From Massalongia carnosa (lineage: Eukaryota), in contig OZ287088.1 of NCBI GenBank assembly GCA_965645245.1, positions 310,001-374,000 of the forward strand: DNA of 64,000 bases, in the 5' to 3' direction. A program made the translations under genes and the position numbers. Positions 23,876 through 34,792 of this stretch are shown piece by piece. Positions within the stretch are counted from its first letter, which is position 1. Each line of letters begins with the position of its first letter. The notes beneath the pieces were generated by a model, which was not told the origin of the DNA, ran no database searches, and saw only the letters and a list, made by a program, of their open reading frames with translations.

Positions 23876-26338
23876 TCGGGATGACTGGGATATGCAACAA
23901 ACCTAGATATGTAACAGCACTAGTAGGGGTTTATATCCGATGTTTATCCGATTCGTTTATCCTGAAGCATTCTTACCAAAATTTATACTGTAGCGTCTCT
24001 ACAAATTAGCCAATTGACCTATACCTACTCTCCAACCCTCAACCCTGACCATTGAAGATATAATTGATCTCAGCGCCTAGCCTAGCCATCCCTCCGTTAC
24101 CAAAATATCATGCAACTTGTTGAGGAAGACCCATTAGAAGAGGAATCAGATACAGAGGTCATCCCAAGGCGTGAGCGCATGAAGCTTGCTCTGATCTCCT
24201 TTGCCAAAGCTATCAAGCGGTAGGATGAATATGAACTCCAGCCTGAAATAAAGCATAAGCAAGAGAAGCCTTCATTCCGCCAATATGCCAACAAATACAA
24301 TGTTTGCCATACAACATCATATCGACGATACAAAGAAGAAACATTACATTATCACAAAGCTCATCAAGCCTAAAAACGCCTCACTTTCATTGAGGAGGAA
24401 TGCTTAGTAATCAGGATCGAACTATTGGCCAAATGGGGCTTCCATCCAATGATTTATCGAATCAAGTTACAAGCAGAAGAGATTCTCAAAAAAAGAGGAA
24501 ATCATACCCCATTGGGATGTCACTGGGTAGAGAAGTTCTTGAATCGACATCATTCGTTAAAATCTCGCTTTTGCACTCCGTTATAAAGAGCGCCTCAATG
24601 TAGTCAATTACGAAACAATTAATCGTTGGTTTAAGCTCTTTTCGGACACAATGAAGCAATACAACATTGAAAAAAGAGACGTATATAATATGGACGAGAA
24701 GGGCTTTGCAATATGCCAAGCAGGCAAGTAGAAAGTAGTGGTTTCAAAGGCAAACCTCAATGCATACATGTATCAGAATGGGAGCCGGGAATGGGTGTCT
24801 CTTCTTGAATGTTTCTCTGCAGATGGAGCACTTCTTCCTGCTTTCGTCATCTTTAAAGCAAGATTCAAAGGAAGGCCTGGATGAATGAATTGGAGCGAGG
24901 TAATAACATCGCTATCAGTGACAAGGGCTGGACCAATAATACACTCGCTTTCGAATGGTTTAAACGTGTATTTGATCCATATTCGAAGAAGCGACAACAA
25001 GGCGAATATCGCTTGCTTATCCTCGACGGGCATGCTTCTCATATTACGTCGGAAGTTATCCAATTCTGTATCAATGAGAAGATTATTCTTGCTTGCCTTC
25101 CAGCTCACACGACTCACTTCCTCCAGCCGTTAGATGTGGGTTTCTTTCAGCCACTGGGGAGTCTCTACCAGACCAAGCTACTGCGTCTGATAAAGTGGGA
25201 TAGCAGTGCTAATGTGGATAAGGTCGATTTCATTGATTTATATCAACGAGCTCGGAGTGAGACAGCCAAATTCAATACTACTCTCAGTGCTTTGCAGAAA
25301 GCACTTCTATTTCCTCTGGATCCAGAGAGTCTTTTGAAGACATTGCCACAGCTGAAAGATGTGATAAACACTGTTACTCTAAGGCCGTATACGCGACCAG
25401 AAGTATTCTTCCGATCGTCGGATGGCGTCACTATATCCGCTCCTATCAAGACTCCAAGAAATGCAGCTGAATTCGATGAAATCGTCCACAAAGCTATTGA
25501 TGGGAAGGCTACCCAGCAAGAGATTATGAAGCTAGGCAAGGCTGGATCAAAAGCGTACGTCGAGAAGGTGTTACTAGAGACTACAAATACTGAATTGTTG
25601 GAGAATCAACAGTGTAAAAAGGACAAGGCCAAACGTTCAAATCAACAGCTCGGTAAAGGACGTATAATGAATCATGACGTTCTCGAAGAACGGGAGCAGA
25701 AGAAGCGTGCAGATAAACAAGAGAAGGAGTTCTGGGAGGCCTGGAAATCTGTGTGGAGCCTCATTGCAGAGCCCAAACATCAAAGTCTGAAAAACAAGAC
25801 AAATAAGAAGGCACAGGCTATCCAGCCAATTTCCATCCATTTAGACCCTTCAACACTTGCTCCGCCAGAGCCTTGCTTAGAGAATGAGGATCCCGAGTTC
25901 GCTATACAGACTGAGGTACAGGATGTTAGGGATGAAGGGATGAGAGGTAAAAGAGGCAGGAAGTCAGTCAAGGCCCGAAGTGAAGGAATACATAAAATCA
26001 AGGACGCTGTGACGGTATTGCCTGTATATACGGCTTCTGGGAGGATAGTGAGACCTCCTATAAGGCGAGATTGACTGCTTTATATACTACATCATGTATA
26101 ATATAGCACTGAGCCGGCCTAGCGGGCGGGGCCTAAGAACCAAAGCTTTCTATAGCTTCAATTGTTTAGACCATTAATTCGGCCGTTGCTTGCAATTATT
26201 AGTGCTCTGGAGATACTGCAGCCAACTTCGATAAGGAAGACTGGCAATGCTAATCAGAAGATTATCGGTCAAACTTCGGGTAAACCCCTACTAGTGCTGT
26301 TGCATATCTAGGTTTGTTGCATATCCCAGTCATCACGA
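23876..26338 (+). mobile_element. pogo/Fot1-like DNA transposon, decayed
   Basis: ~60-bp TIR gatgactgggatatgcaacaaacctagatatg. Transposase ~24109-26074 with YNMDEKGF, LLILDGHASH, LQPLDVGFF and multiple stops. Confidence 0.88.
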
Positions 26339-26599
26339 ATACAAGTCTAACTTTTTATAGTTAGACTTTGCTTACTAAGTTCGCTGTGCCAAGGGCAAAC
26401 CTCAATAATACAGGCAGGTTTGCCTTATAAATGAGAAAATGTTAGAATACCAAGCCGCCTTAACTTACCCGATAAGCGTAAAATATCAACTCGATTGTGT
26501 TATACCATCCCATCGTTTTCTATGTGTGTTAACTATGTACGGCAAAGCTAGGATCGAGCGGCAATCATCCGTCATGACAGGGTTGGATCTGGGTCGCGG

Positions 26600-27500
26600 A
26601 GGCCCTTCGAGCGGAGCTCAATGCACTGGTTGCAACGGCCGCATTTGGGGTTTTACACCCACCGTCGGAGACTGACGAGCTGGGCACCTTAAATAGCTTC
26701 AAGGGTGCCGCATCGGTCATCATGAGTAAGGCGCCACGATGGCTAGATCCTATTCAGCGCGTCTGTTGTGATGCCCACCGAGACGAGTCCACTCATCCTC
26801 AGCGCGCTATTCCGGTCGGGCGGCAGTTAATTATATTGTCCCTCTTTTGTCACATGTTGCGCCCGAATACGTCAACAAATTTTCAGAGCGTCATGGGCCT
26901 TTATATCTATCAGGGTGGCGCCAGGCGCAGAGTTCTGGATACTTTATGTGAACTTGGCTTGACAATGTCGTATTCCACTCTTCAACGGCGCATGTCAAGC
27001 TTAAGTGACGAAGCGAGGCGAAAAATAAGGACGATACGGCGAGCTTCAACTACTGTTGTAACCTATGATAATTTTGTTTTTGCAGAAGGCCGAAGAGGCG
27101 AGAGAATCGGTGACGTAAGAGAGTTTCGATCAATTACGACCGCTTTGATATTTGAAGGAGAGGGCCTTGGGGTAACGGTCTTGAGACAGAATATGTGGCA
27201 ACCTGAGAATTATCCTTTGTCCGCCATAGGGCTCGCACTAAGATTGAATCCAGATGACATAGACGCACAGGTAAGCATCGACCACTTTTCCAAGCGGCTT
27301 ACTTGAAACTGATGAAATGTGGACGAAGATTCAAATTCATCATGTTGAGTCGGCAATTCAAGCCCTTTAAAATGCTAAATTCAGCGACTTCAAGTTTCCT
27401 CGGGTTACATCCATGCCTGTGTTGAAAAGACTGAATCGCCTTCGAACGAAGTATCATCCGTTGAAGCCGGCTATGAAAGTCGAAAGCACCACTGTTGAAG
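26600..27500 (+). pseudogene. AcademH-like transposase fragment
   Basis: FQSVMGLYIYQGGARRRVLDTL..LTMSY, VTYDNF; intron donor gtaagc at 27271 in the same position as in the intact copy. Confidence 0.82.
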
Positions 27501-27880
27501 ATCAAGCATTTCAGCTTGTGATTTCAACAAAGTACTGACTTGAATGTAAATCTCTGGTCGATCAAGAGGTGTTTTGATAAGTCGAGTTTCATCATGAAAC
27601 CCACATTGACTTCTGACGCAGTTAAAGGTCTCTTCATTCAACGTTGCAGAAACTCTCAAATAATGCACCAGCTTGCTGGGGGCTAGTGAAGTTGTCACCG
27701 TGAGGGACGGCACCAGGCGTGTAAGCGGGATAGGGCCGGACGCTAGCAGGTGAAAAACTCTTCACCTCCTCCCATCTCTTCTCTCTTTCCTCATCAACAC
27801 TCATCAAAATCGTGTTTCGCTGTTTCTACACACACACACTCACACACACGCAAACATATTATTCATATTTTATTCACATC

Positions 27881-28996
27881 ATGAACATACGCAGTCAAAG
27901 CGGGCGAGAGAATCGTCAGACGATTCCTCCCTGTGGTGCGACCGGCAGTCGGGGTCGAGGCAGAGGCACACGCGGCTGGGGAGGCCGAGTCACACCTCAA
28001 TCAGACTCTAGAGACGCCACAATACAAAATGAGTCACGCCACTCCTCCCCCGAGGCAATCCCGCCTCCAGACCGTCGCGCGGCCCTCAGGGCGGAAGCCG
28101 AAAGGCTACGAGCCGAAGCAAAAGCCAGAGAAATCGAGCAAGAGGAGGCAGAGCTCGAACGCGAGATACAACGTCTCAGAGACGAAGCGGTGCCGTCACG
28201 CACAGAATCCGCACCACCCACAAATTCTTTAATACTACCAGCGAGCACGAGCGCATTCGCAACATTTCATGCGGAGGGTGCGTCTCCTATGTTTCATTCT
28301 CTGATAGCTTGATTTCCAATGGTAGACACGGAGCACTTCAAAAACATCCGCGACAACAAATTCAAAGTGGAGAATATTATGAAGCTGTCGACCGAATACG
28401 AGTCGGTTCAGCCCAAAAACAAATATCTAAGAATTGGGTCGACCGAGGTGGAATATCGGGAAGAGGACGCCCTGGCCTCGGACGCACGAGGAATCACACA
28501 TCTTCTCTGCGCGTTTCTCATATACTGTCAAACCGTCATTCACATCGCTCACGCGGGCACACAAAGGGAACTACAAGCGGCAATGCACGTCTACATCGAT
28601 CAATTGCTAGGATGGTCTCTTCTATACACGTTCGAATCAATTCGTCAATTCCACTTCGGCTTTCATAAAGCCCGCCTCGTGGAGGGCGTGGACGACCCGC
28701 GCGGTTGGCGGACCCCGAACAGAGGTTTAGAGAAACGAAATCTCCGTCGAAAAATCGACTACAACGCTGGCCCCAGTCTTCGTCGAACACAGAGCACGAA
28801 TTCGCTCGTTCAACGCACGTCAAGTCAAGACGATCAACGCGGCATAGCAGCGTGCAGACGATACAACAACGGCGGCGATTGTCCAAGCAACTGCACATTT
28901 CGTCACGTTTGCGCGTCATGCGGACGCCAGCATACGCAACGCGATTGTCGCATGCGCGTCAATCCATATCCTCCACAGCAAAGCAAGCTCAGTTGA
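27881..28996 (+). pseudogene. Gag-like ORF1 (one in-frame TGA at 28310)
   Basis: ORFs 27812-28312 and 28319-28996 are in the same frame; RG-rich N-terminus, coiled coil, Cys/His zinc finger. Confidence 0.85.
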
Positions 28997-28999
28997 CTA

Positions 29000-31263
29000 T
29001 CCGTCTCAAGCGCTCTCTCGTTCATTTCCGAGGGTTTTCCATATCGGATAGACACCGACGCGGATGCGAACGAGGTACGATGCCCACTTAAGTCAGCGGG
29101 ATGGAAACGACGATTGGAGAAACATCCAGACAGTGTCTATAGAAGGACAATTCTTAACATCATTCGATGTGGGGCAAGGATTGGCTACACAGGGCCAAAA
29201 CAGCGTATCATAAGCCCGAACCTATCTTCTGCCAAAGATGCACCCGAGGTGTTGTCCAAAGATCTGGACGAACAGATTCAACTTCACCGTGTAGTACCCG
29301 TACGGGAACCACCGCCTCACTTTATGTCCTCCCCACTGGGCCTCGTCCCCAACCCCAATGGCAAATGGCGAAGAATTCATCATCTGTCTCATCCACGCAA
29401 GGGCTCGGTCAATTATCACATTCCCGCTGAATGGGGCGCCCTAGAGTACACGTCATTTGACGAAGCACTAGAAGCTCTTCTTGACGTCGGACGAGGAGCA
29501 TACCTCGTGAAACGCGACCTCGCGGACGCCTTCCGGCACATACCCGTCGCAAGAGCGGACTGGTAGCTACTGGGTTTTCAGTGGAACAATTCTTATTGGA
29601 TGGACATCTTCCTCCCATCTTCCTCCCATTTGGTCTTCGTACCTCCACATTTATCTTCGATCTCTTCGCGAAGGGAATAAACTGGATATTAGTCGTTCAG
29701 AACTGGCTAGTCCTACATTACTTAGATGACTTCCTCGCGATTGTCAAGACGAGCGAGGAGGCATCCCGTTACGAGTCCGCGTTCGACACGTTTTGCGATG
29801 AGTTGGGCATGCGTATAAACGCATCAAAGGGAGAGACGGGGCAAATCTGCGATTTTCTCGGGTTAACACTAGACACCCAATGCATGGAAGCCCGCCTACC
29901 TCCCGACAAATTAAAAAAGGCCATCGAATGGGTCAACAGCGCATTGACGCAAGACTATATGTCCAAAGACGAACTACGTTCCCTTCTGGGGTTTCTATCA
30001 TTTGCGGCCAAAGTGGTCAAACCAGGCAGAGCCTTTTTACGCCGCCTATTTACCGCCCTCGGCGAAGACACGGGTCGGATCCGCATAGCCGGCGACATGC
30101 GACTAGATCTATTATGGTGGCAATACTTCTTGCCCCGATGGAACGGCGTTCAAATCTTACGATCGCTGAACACTAGAGAGGAAATTCGTCTAGGGACAGA
30201 CGCTTCGGGAACATGGGGAATGGGCGGGTACTATTCGGTGCACCGAACCCCACACTTCACCGAAGCGGGCACGCTTTCTCGTCATTCAAATACACAAACA
30301 CTAGAGACAACCGAAACACAGCGTGCGTTTGCCGAGGTATCTCTCCCAAGACGAGGTGTTCTCACGAGACCCTCGCATTGGATGCCTTCAAAGAAGAAGA
30401 ACTCAATCTCTTTCGAGACGTCTTCAGACAACGAGTTAAGGATACAAGATGTCCGGGTCTCGCAGTCTCAGGGGATAGTCGGGGTGATAGACGACGAGAA
30501 TTTCAACGAATTCCTAGTCACACTTGCCGAGACGTCAGCCATACGGACCTCGTCTGGGGACATCGCAATGCGCACCTTTAAGTCCGGGACAACCGAGATA
30601 ACCGAAGAAGGAAATTACAGCGAATTTCTGGAGGTGTCTGCCGAGGTGTCTTCGATGCGGATGGCCGGGATGACAGACGAAGAAAATTCCAAAGAATTTC
30701 TCGCTGCATCTGCTCGAGGTATCAAAGGTTCATCGGACCTCGTCCGGGAACATGCCGCGTCACGCATGGCGCATAGCAAAATAGTCGGAACGATCGACGA
30801 AGGACATTCAAAGGAATCTCTAGTCTCGTCCGCCGAAGTATTCTCGATAAGGACCTCGTCCAGAGACATGAAGAAACATATCAATATCAAAGAAATGATG
30901 GCTGTATTACACGCACTGCGCAAATGGTTACCTATTTTTAAAGGATCCAAACTCGACAATCAAGCGGTCGTAAATGGACTACGGAACGGCTCCATGCGCG
31001 GCCCGGCCATGAAACCCCTACGGGGTATTGCCATGCTACTAGCATTACATGACATCGTCATTGAATCACGTTGGATCTCCTCAAGAGAGAATACTCTGGC
31101 AGATATGCTTTCCCGCGGTCAATGGAACAAAATTACTGACACCTATCCTTTACTACTGGACTTGACATTAGCCCACTGGGCACAATCGGTGAACCACCGG
31201 AACACTGGTTCCAAAACCAAGAACTGCCAAACTCAGCAGCGAGATATCTATGGTGGGCCCTAG
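29000..31263 (+). pseudogene. RT-RNase H with a large repetitive insertion
   Basis: HYLDDF, TDASGTWG...(~190 aa insert)...HINIKE, DNQAVV, ENTLADMLSRG. Stop at 29564 and a frameshift near 29600; 5' boundary approximate. Confidence 0.9.
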
Positions 31264-32167
31264 CTGTAGGGACTAGAACATCGTACGAGCAGGCACGACG
31301 AAGCTACACCGAATACTGCGTGATATCGAATTACGTCCCCTTTCTTCCGTCCATTCGCTCATTATGCGACTGGGCAGCTCATTTAGGCGACAAGGGAATT
31401 AACCCAAAAACCATAAAACAATACTTAAGCGGCATCAGATCTTATCAAGTCGACCGAGGCGCGCCGAAGGCCGAATTAGACATTTTCCATCATCCCCAAC
31501 TAGAGAGAATCGTGGCAGCCATACGCCGGCTCCGTCCGCCGCCCAGCCGCGAGAACGTCGTCCTATAACCCGATCCATCCTAAAAGAGATCGTTAGTACT
31601 TTTGATCAAAATTCCTTAAGGGGAGCCACACTGCACGCGGCCTTCTGTTTAGCCTTCGCGGCCTTCTTACGTATCGGAGAATTCACAAAGGAAGAAAACA
31701 TGTGGGGAGACGACTTTGCCCAATGGCACATAACCAGAGGTTCACTATTACTGAGCGAGGACAGATTACAGCTGACCCTTCCCGCCTCCAAGACGGATCC
31801 CTTCCGACAAGGGGTCACAGTTACAGTAGCGGCCGTCAACGACGAAGCCTGCCCAGTCCAATCATTGAGAAATCCGATCGAACGTTTTCGAACAGATCTC
31901 ACCCGACCTCTGTTCTATCCAAAAAAGGCTTTCACACGAAACTTTGTCACTAAAGCATTACGAGACGTTCTAAAAGACAAGGGATATCAGGGAAATTATT
32001 CAGGTCACTCCTTTCGGAGAGGGGCCGCCACCTCCGCGAAAAACGCCGGCCTAAACGAAGATGAAATCAAACTGCTAGGACGCTGGAAATCAGACGCCTA
32101 CCGATTATACATACACACAAACCCCTCAATCATATGGAATGCCTCGAGACGACATCAAAGAGGCTGA
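31190..32167 (+). pseudogene. Tyrosine recombinase (frameshift near 31540)
   Basis: FLRIGEF, SKTDPFRQG, HSFRRGAAT, GRWKSDAYRLY. Confidence 0.9.
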
Positions 32168-34110
32168 ATACCACATGTCCCGCACCTCACCCGAACCCTC
32201 ACCACATGCACACCGCACCCGCACCATCGCGAGACTTCGCACGCTCTAAACGATTCCTCTGCGAGAAACACGGTTTTGGGGTTTTGGGAGTATGTCTTGA
32301 CCCCAGGGTTCGCATCTACAGCGTCCATGGACCCCGTATCCTACCCGTTGCGGCTCCGTACCCGGCGCGGACGGCGCACGAACGGTGTCATGCCACACCC
32401 TAGGGTCAGGACTTTGCCCAAACACTAGAATAGTAATAAACACAAGGTGGCTGCGTTTCACTAGGGGTATTCCATCTGGCAAACGGGTTCGAAGCACCCC
32501 AAGATTGAAGTATTCAGGTCGAAAATCACGCCATTCCGATACCAGATGCAGCCCGTCGATAGCCAACAGACAAATATTTGAGAAATAAGATGAATGACTG
32601 AGAACCATTTCGTTAAACAATTTCGACGTTGCTATTTCTGGACTCGTGAATACTGTAAGTAACAATTAGAGCGCTGACTTTTATACAAACAGATTTATTC
32701 GACTTATCATGAGTGTAACGACTATGACGAATAGCAGTCAAGGTAGACGAGTTGTTATTATCTCCGTTCAACACTATGGGTCGATAGGTGTCGATGAGAG
32801 TAAGTTTTTCACATTGCTCTTCTTCCAGTGCAATCAAAGGCATAATTATCAACATTGACTTGCAAGGCGAAAACATCAACGGAGCAGCTTGAAATAGTAT
32901 GCTTTTTCCGAAGCCTGTTTTTGCTATCAAAATCAAATCCATCTTATCGCACAACAGATGATGAAGAGCATCCACTGCGCCCTCTTTAGACGAAACCCGA
33001 AATAACGATCAACAACGCTCTCGATCTTCTCAAGAGTCAACGCCTGTATCACGTCGTTCATATTAATGTAATAGCGCTACAATCTTGATCGACTTTCGAA
33101 CTGTCAAAAAGCACGCTAGCAAGGACGACGACTAGATTTTCGAGTTCGGAGCCCTGAAGGACTACAATAACTTGATCCGTCAAGGCAATATGATGGATAT
33201 AAGCGCCGACCGTTGATTTGAAGAGCAAGACTCAGTTTGATATTGTGGTGCTGTTGTCGGGATTTGAGAAACATTTTGAGTCGATGTTGCTCGACGAGGA
33301 AGATATTCGCGCAACGCATGCATGACATTTAAATTTTAGGACATTCAATAAAGCATATCTGGAAGTAGCGGCAACAATGAAGTATTATGTAACAATTATC
33401 ATGTGTTATCGTTGATCCTGTGAAAAATGATGATTTTTTATCTTAAGCACGAAATTTACATGTGTTGTCACCAAAATAACGCGAACCTGGCAAAATTACA
33501 GAGTTTTGAACTCAGACCTGCCGCCGAAGCATGCGTAGTAAGCTAAACAGAGTCTTAACCCAAAACAATTAAACTACTCACTAAACTAGCTTAGCTTTAG
33601 ACTAATAATATACTAATCTGAATAGATTTAGCTGTGGCGAGGGCAAAGCAGGTCTGAGGTAATGAGGCAAGCGTACTAATCGTGCTTGACCACTTTGAGA
33701 GCACCCCTCAGTGCCTACCGGCTCAAAGACGCTACCGGCTCAAAGACGCATTTTCAACATTTTACACCTCAACGTCGACCCGTCAACAATCAACAACATA
33801 ATGGTCAATTCATATTCAGCTATCGAGGATCGAATTGACAGTGCAATTGACGCGTTACACGATGGTTTGTATACTAACTTTCGAGCTGCAGCCATAGCTT
33901 TTGACGTTGCCCCTCGTACGGTTCAAAAACGATGGAATGGAGGCAACTCCAAAAGCAGTCGACCTAGTACTAACAAAGCTCTGACGGATGACCAATAATA
34001 AGCTGTTCGTGACTACATCGAGCGATTGGACAAGGCCAACATGTGTGCGCGACCCAAATTGATCGTGGGCTGCAAATTATCTGATTCGTTTTGGGAATCG
34101 TACTTTTGGT

Positions 34111-34365
34111 TGTCATGGTGTGAGCGCGAGATGCTCTGCTAAGCGATACCTCCCGACACGCTAAATGTTTTAGGTATCGCGTTAGCCTTAGTGGGGAGCT
34201 AACCGCATTCAGGTAAGGAAATGGGTTCCGGGAGTTACATGGAAAATCTCTGCAGCAATTGATGCTTTCTTCCTTGTGTTCGTCTTGTCTATCTAGTATA
34301 GTCATAGCTAGCAATGCCACCACCTTCACCACCTGAATAGGCCCCCCCGTTGCCGCCTCGTCACA
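34111..34365 (+). repeat. LTR, left boundary of the LTR-bounded segment
   Basis: TGTCA...TCACA, near-identical to 49905-50153; preceded by ttggt. Confidence 0.9.
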
Positions 34366-34792
34366 GTACCATCACACTGAAGCACCGAACGACAATGACG
34401 AAAAGCACGCTCAGTCGCCTTTGGCAGTACCTGTCACGGTTCAACCACATCCACCCAAGGCCAATCAAAGGAAAGTACGGCATCTGCCGGCGCACTAACC
34501 GCTTCCGTTACTCAAGCAATCATAGGGGCAATCAACGGAGGTCTGAAAGAACTGAAAGGGACGCATCGGAACGACCTTCTAAAGCAAACACAAATGGATG
34601 AAAGGGACAAAGGACAGAAAGACTGTTTGACCAAACTGTTTACTTATTGATTAAGACACAAGCAGCTGGATCGGGCTAAGCGATTATCTATATAGACTCC
34701 TAGAGAGGGCACCCTTTGCTTGTTTCCTTTCTGCATCTTTGATATTTTCTAGTGCATAGCTTCCCAGTAGATAGTCAATTCCACATCCTGGT

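Larger units (their letters stand above)
27683..32464 (+). mobile_element. Tyrosine-recombinase retrotransposon, copy 2, with both ends
   Basis: Begins CTAGTGAA and ends TTCACTAG; gag 27881-28996, RT-RH ~29000-31263, YR ~31190-32167. Confidence 0.92.
27505..33060 (-). pseudogene. RecQ-like helicase fragment split by YR copy 2
   Basis: AKTGFGKS, FTSPE, LVSEWRDFRPEY..LPDGIP (32465-33060) and SATL..LDRPEIY (27505-27662). Confidence 0.85.
23784..33670. mobile_element. AcademH-like transposon, internally deleted copy hosting a pogo element and YR copy 2
   Basis: Left end ctcagtacctcagac (terminal bases lost); right end ggtctgaggtaatgaggcaa. Flanks are gcgtact and gcgta[pogo]ctt. Contains transposase and helicase fragments homologous to 54323-60319. 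Confidence 0.82.

Noticed and set aside
31190..32167. Starship captain or Crypton recombinase
   Set aside because: The YR is short, follows RT-RNase H inside a 4.8-kb retroelement and bounds no cargo.
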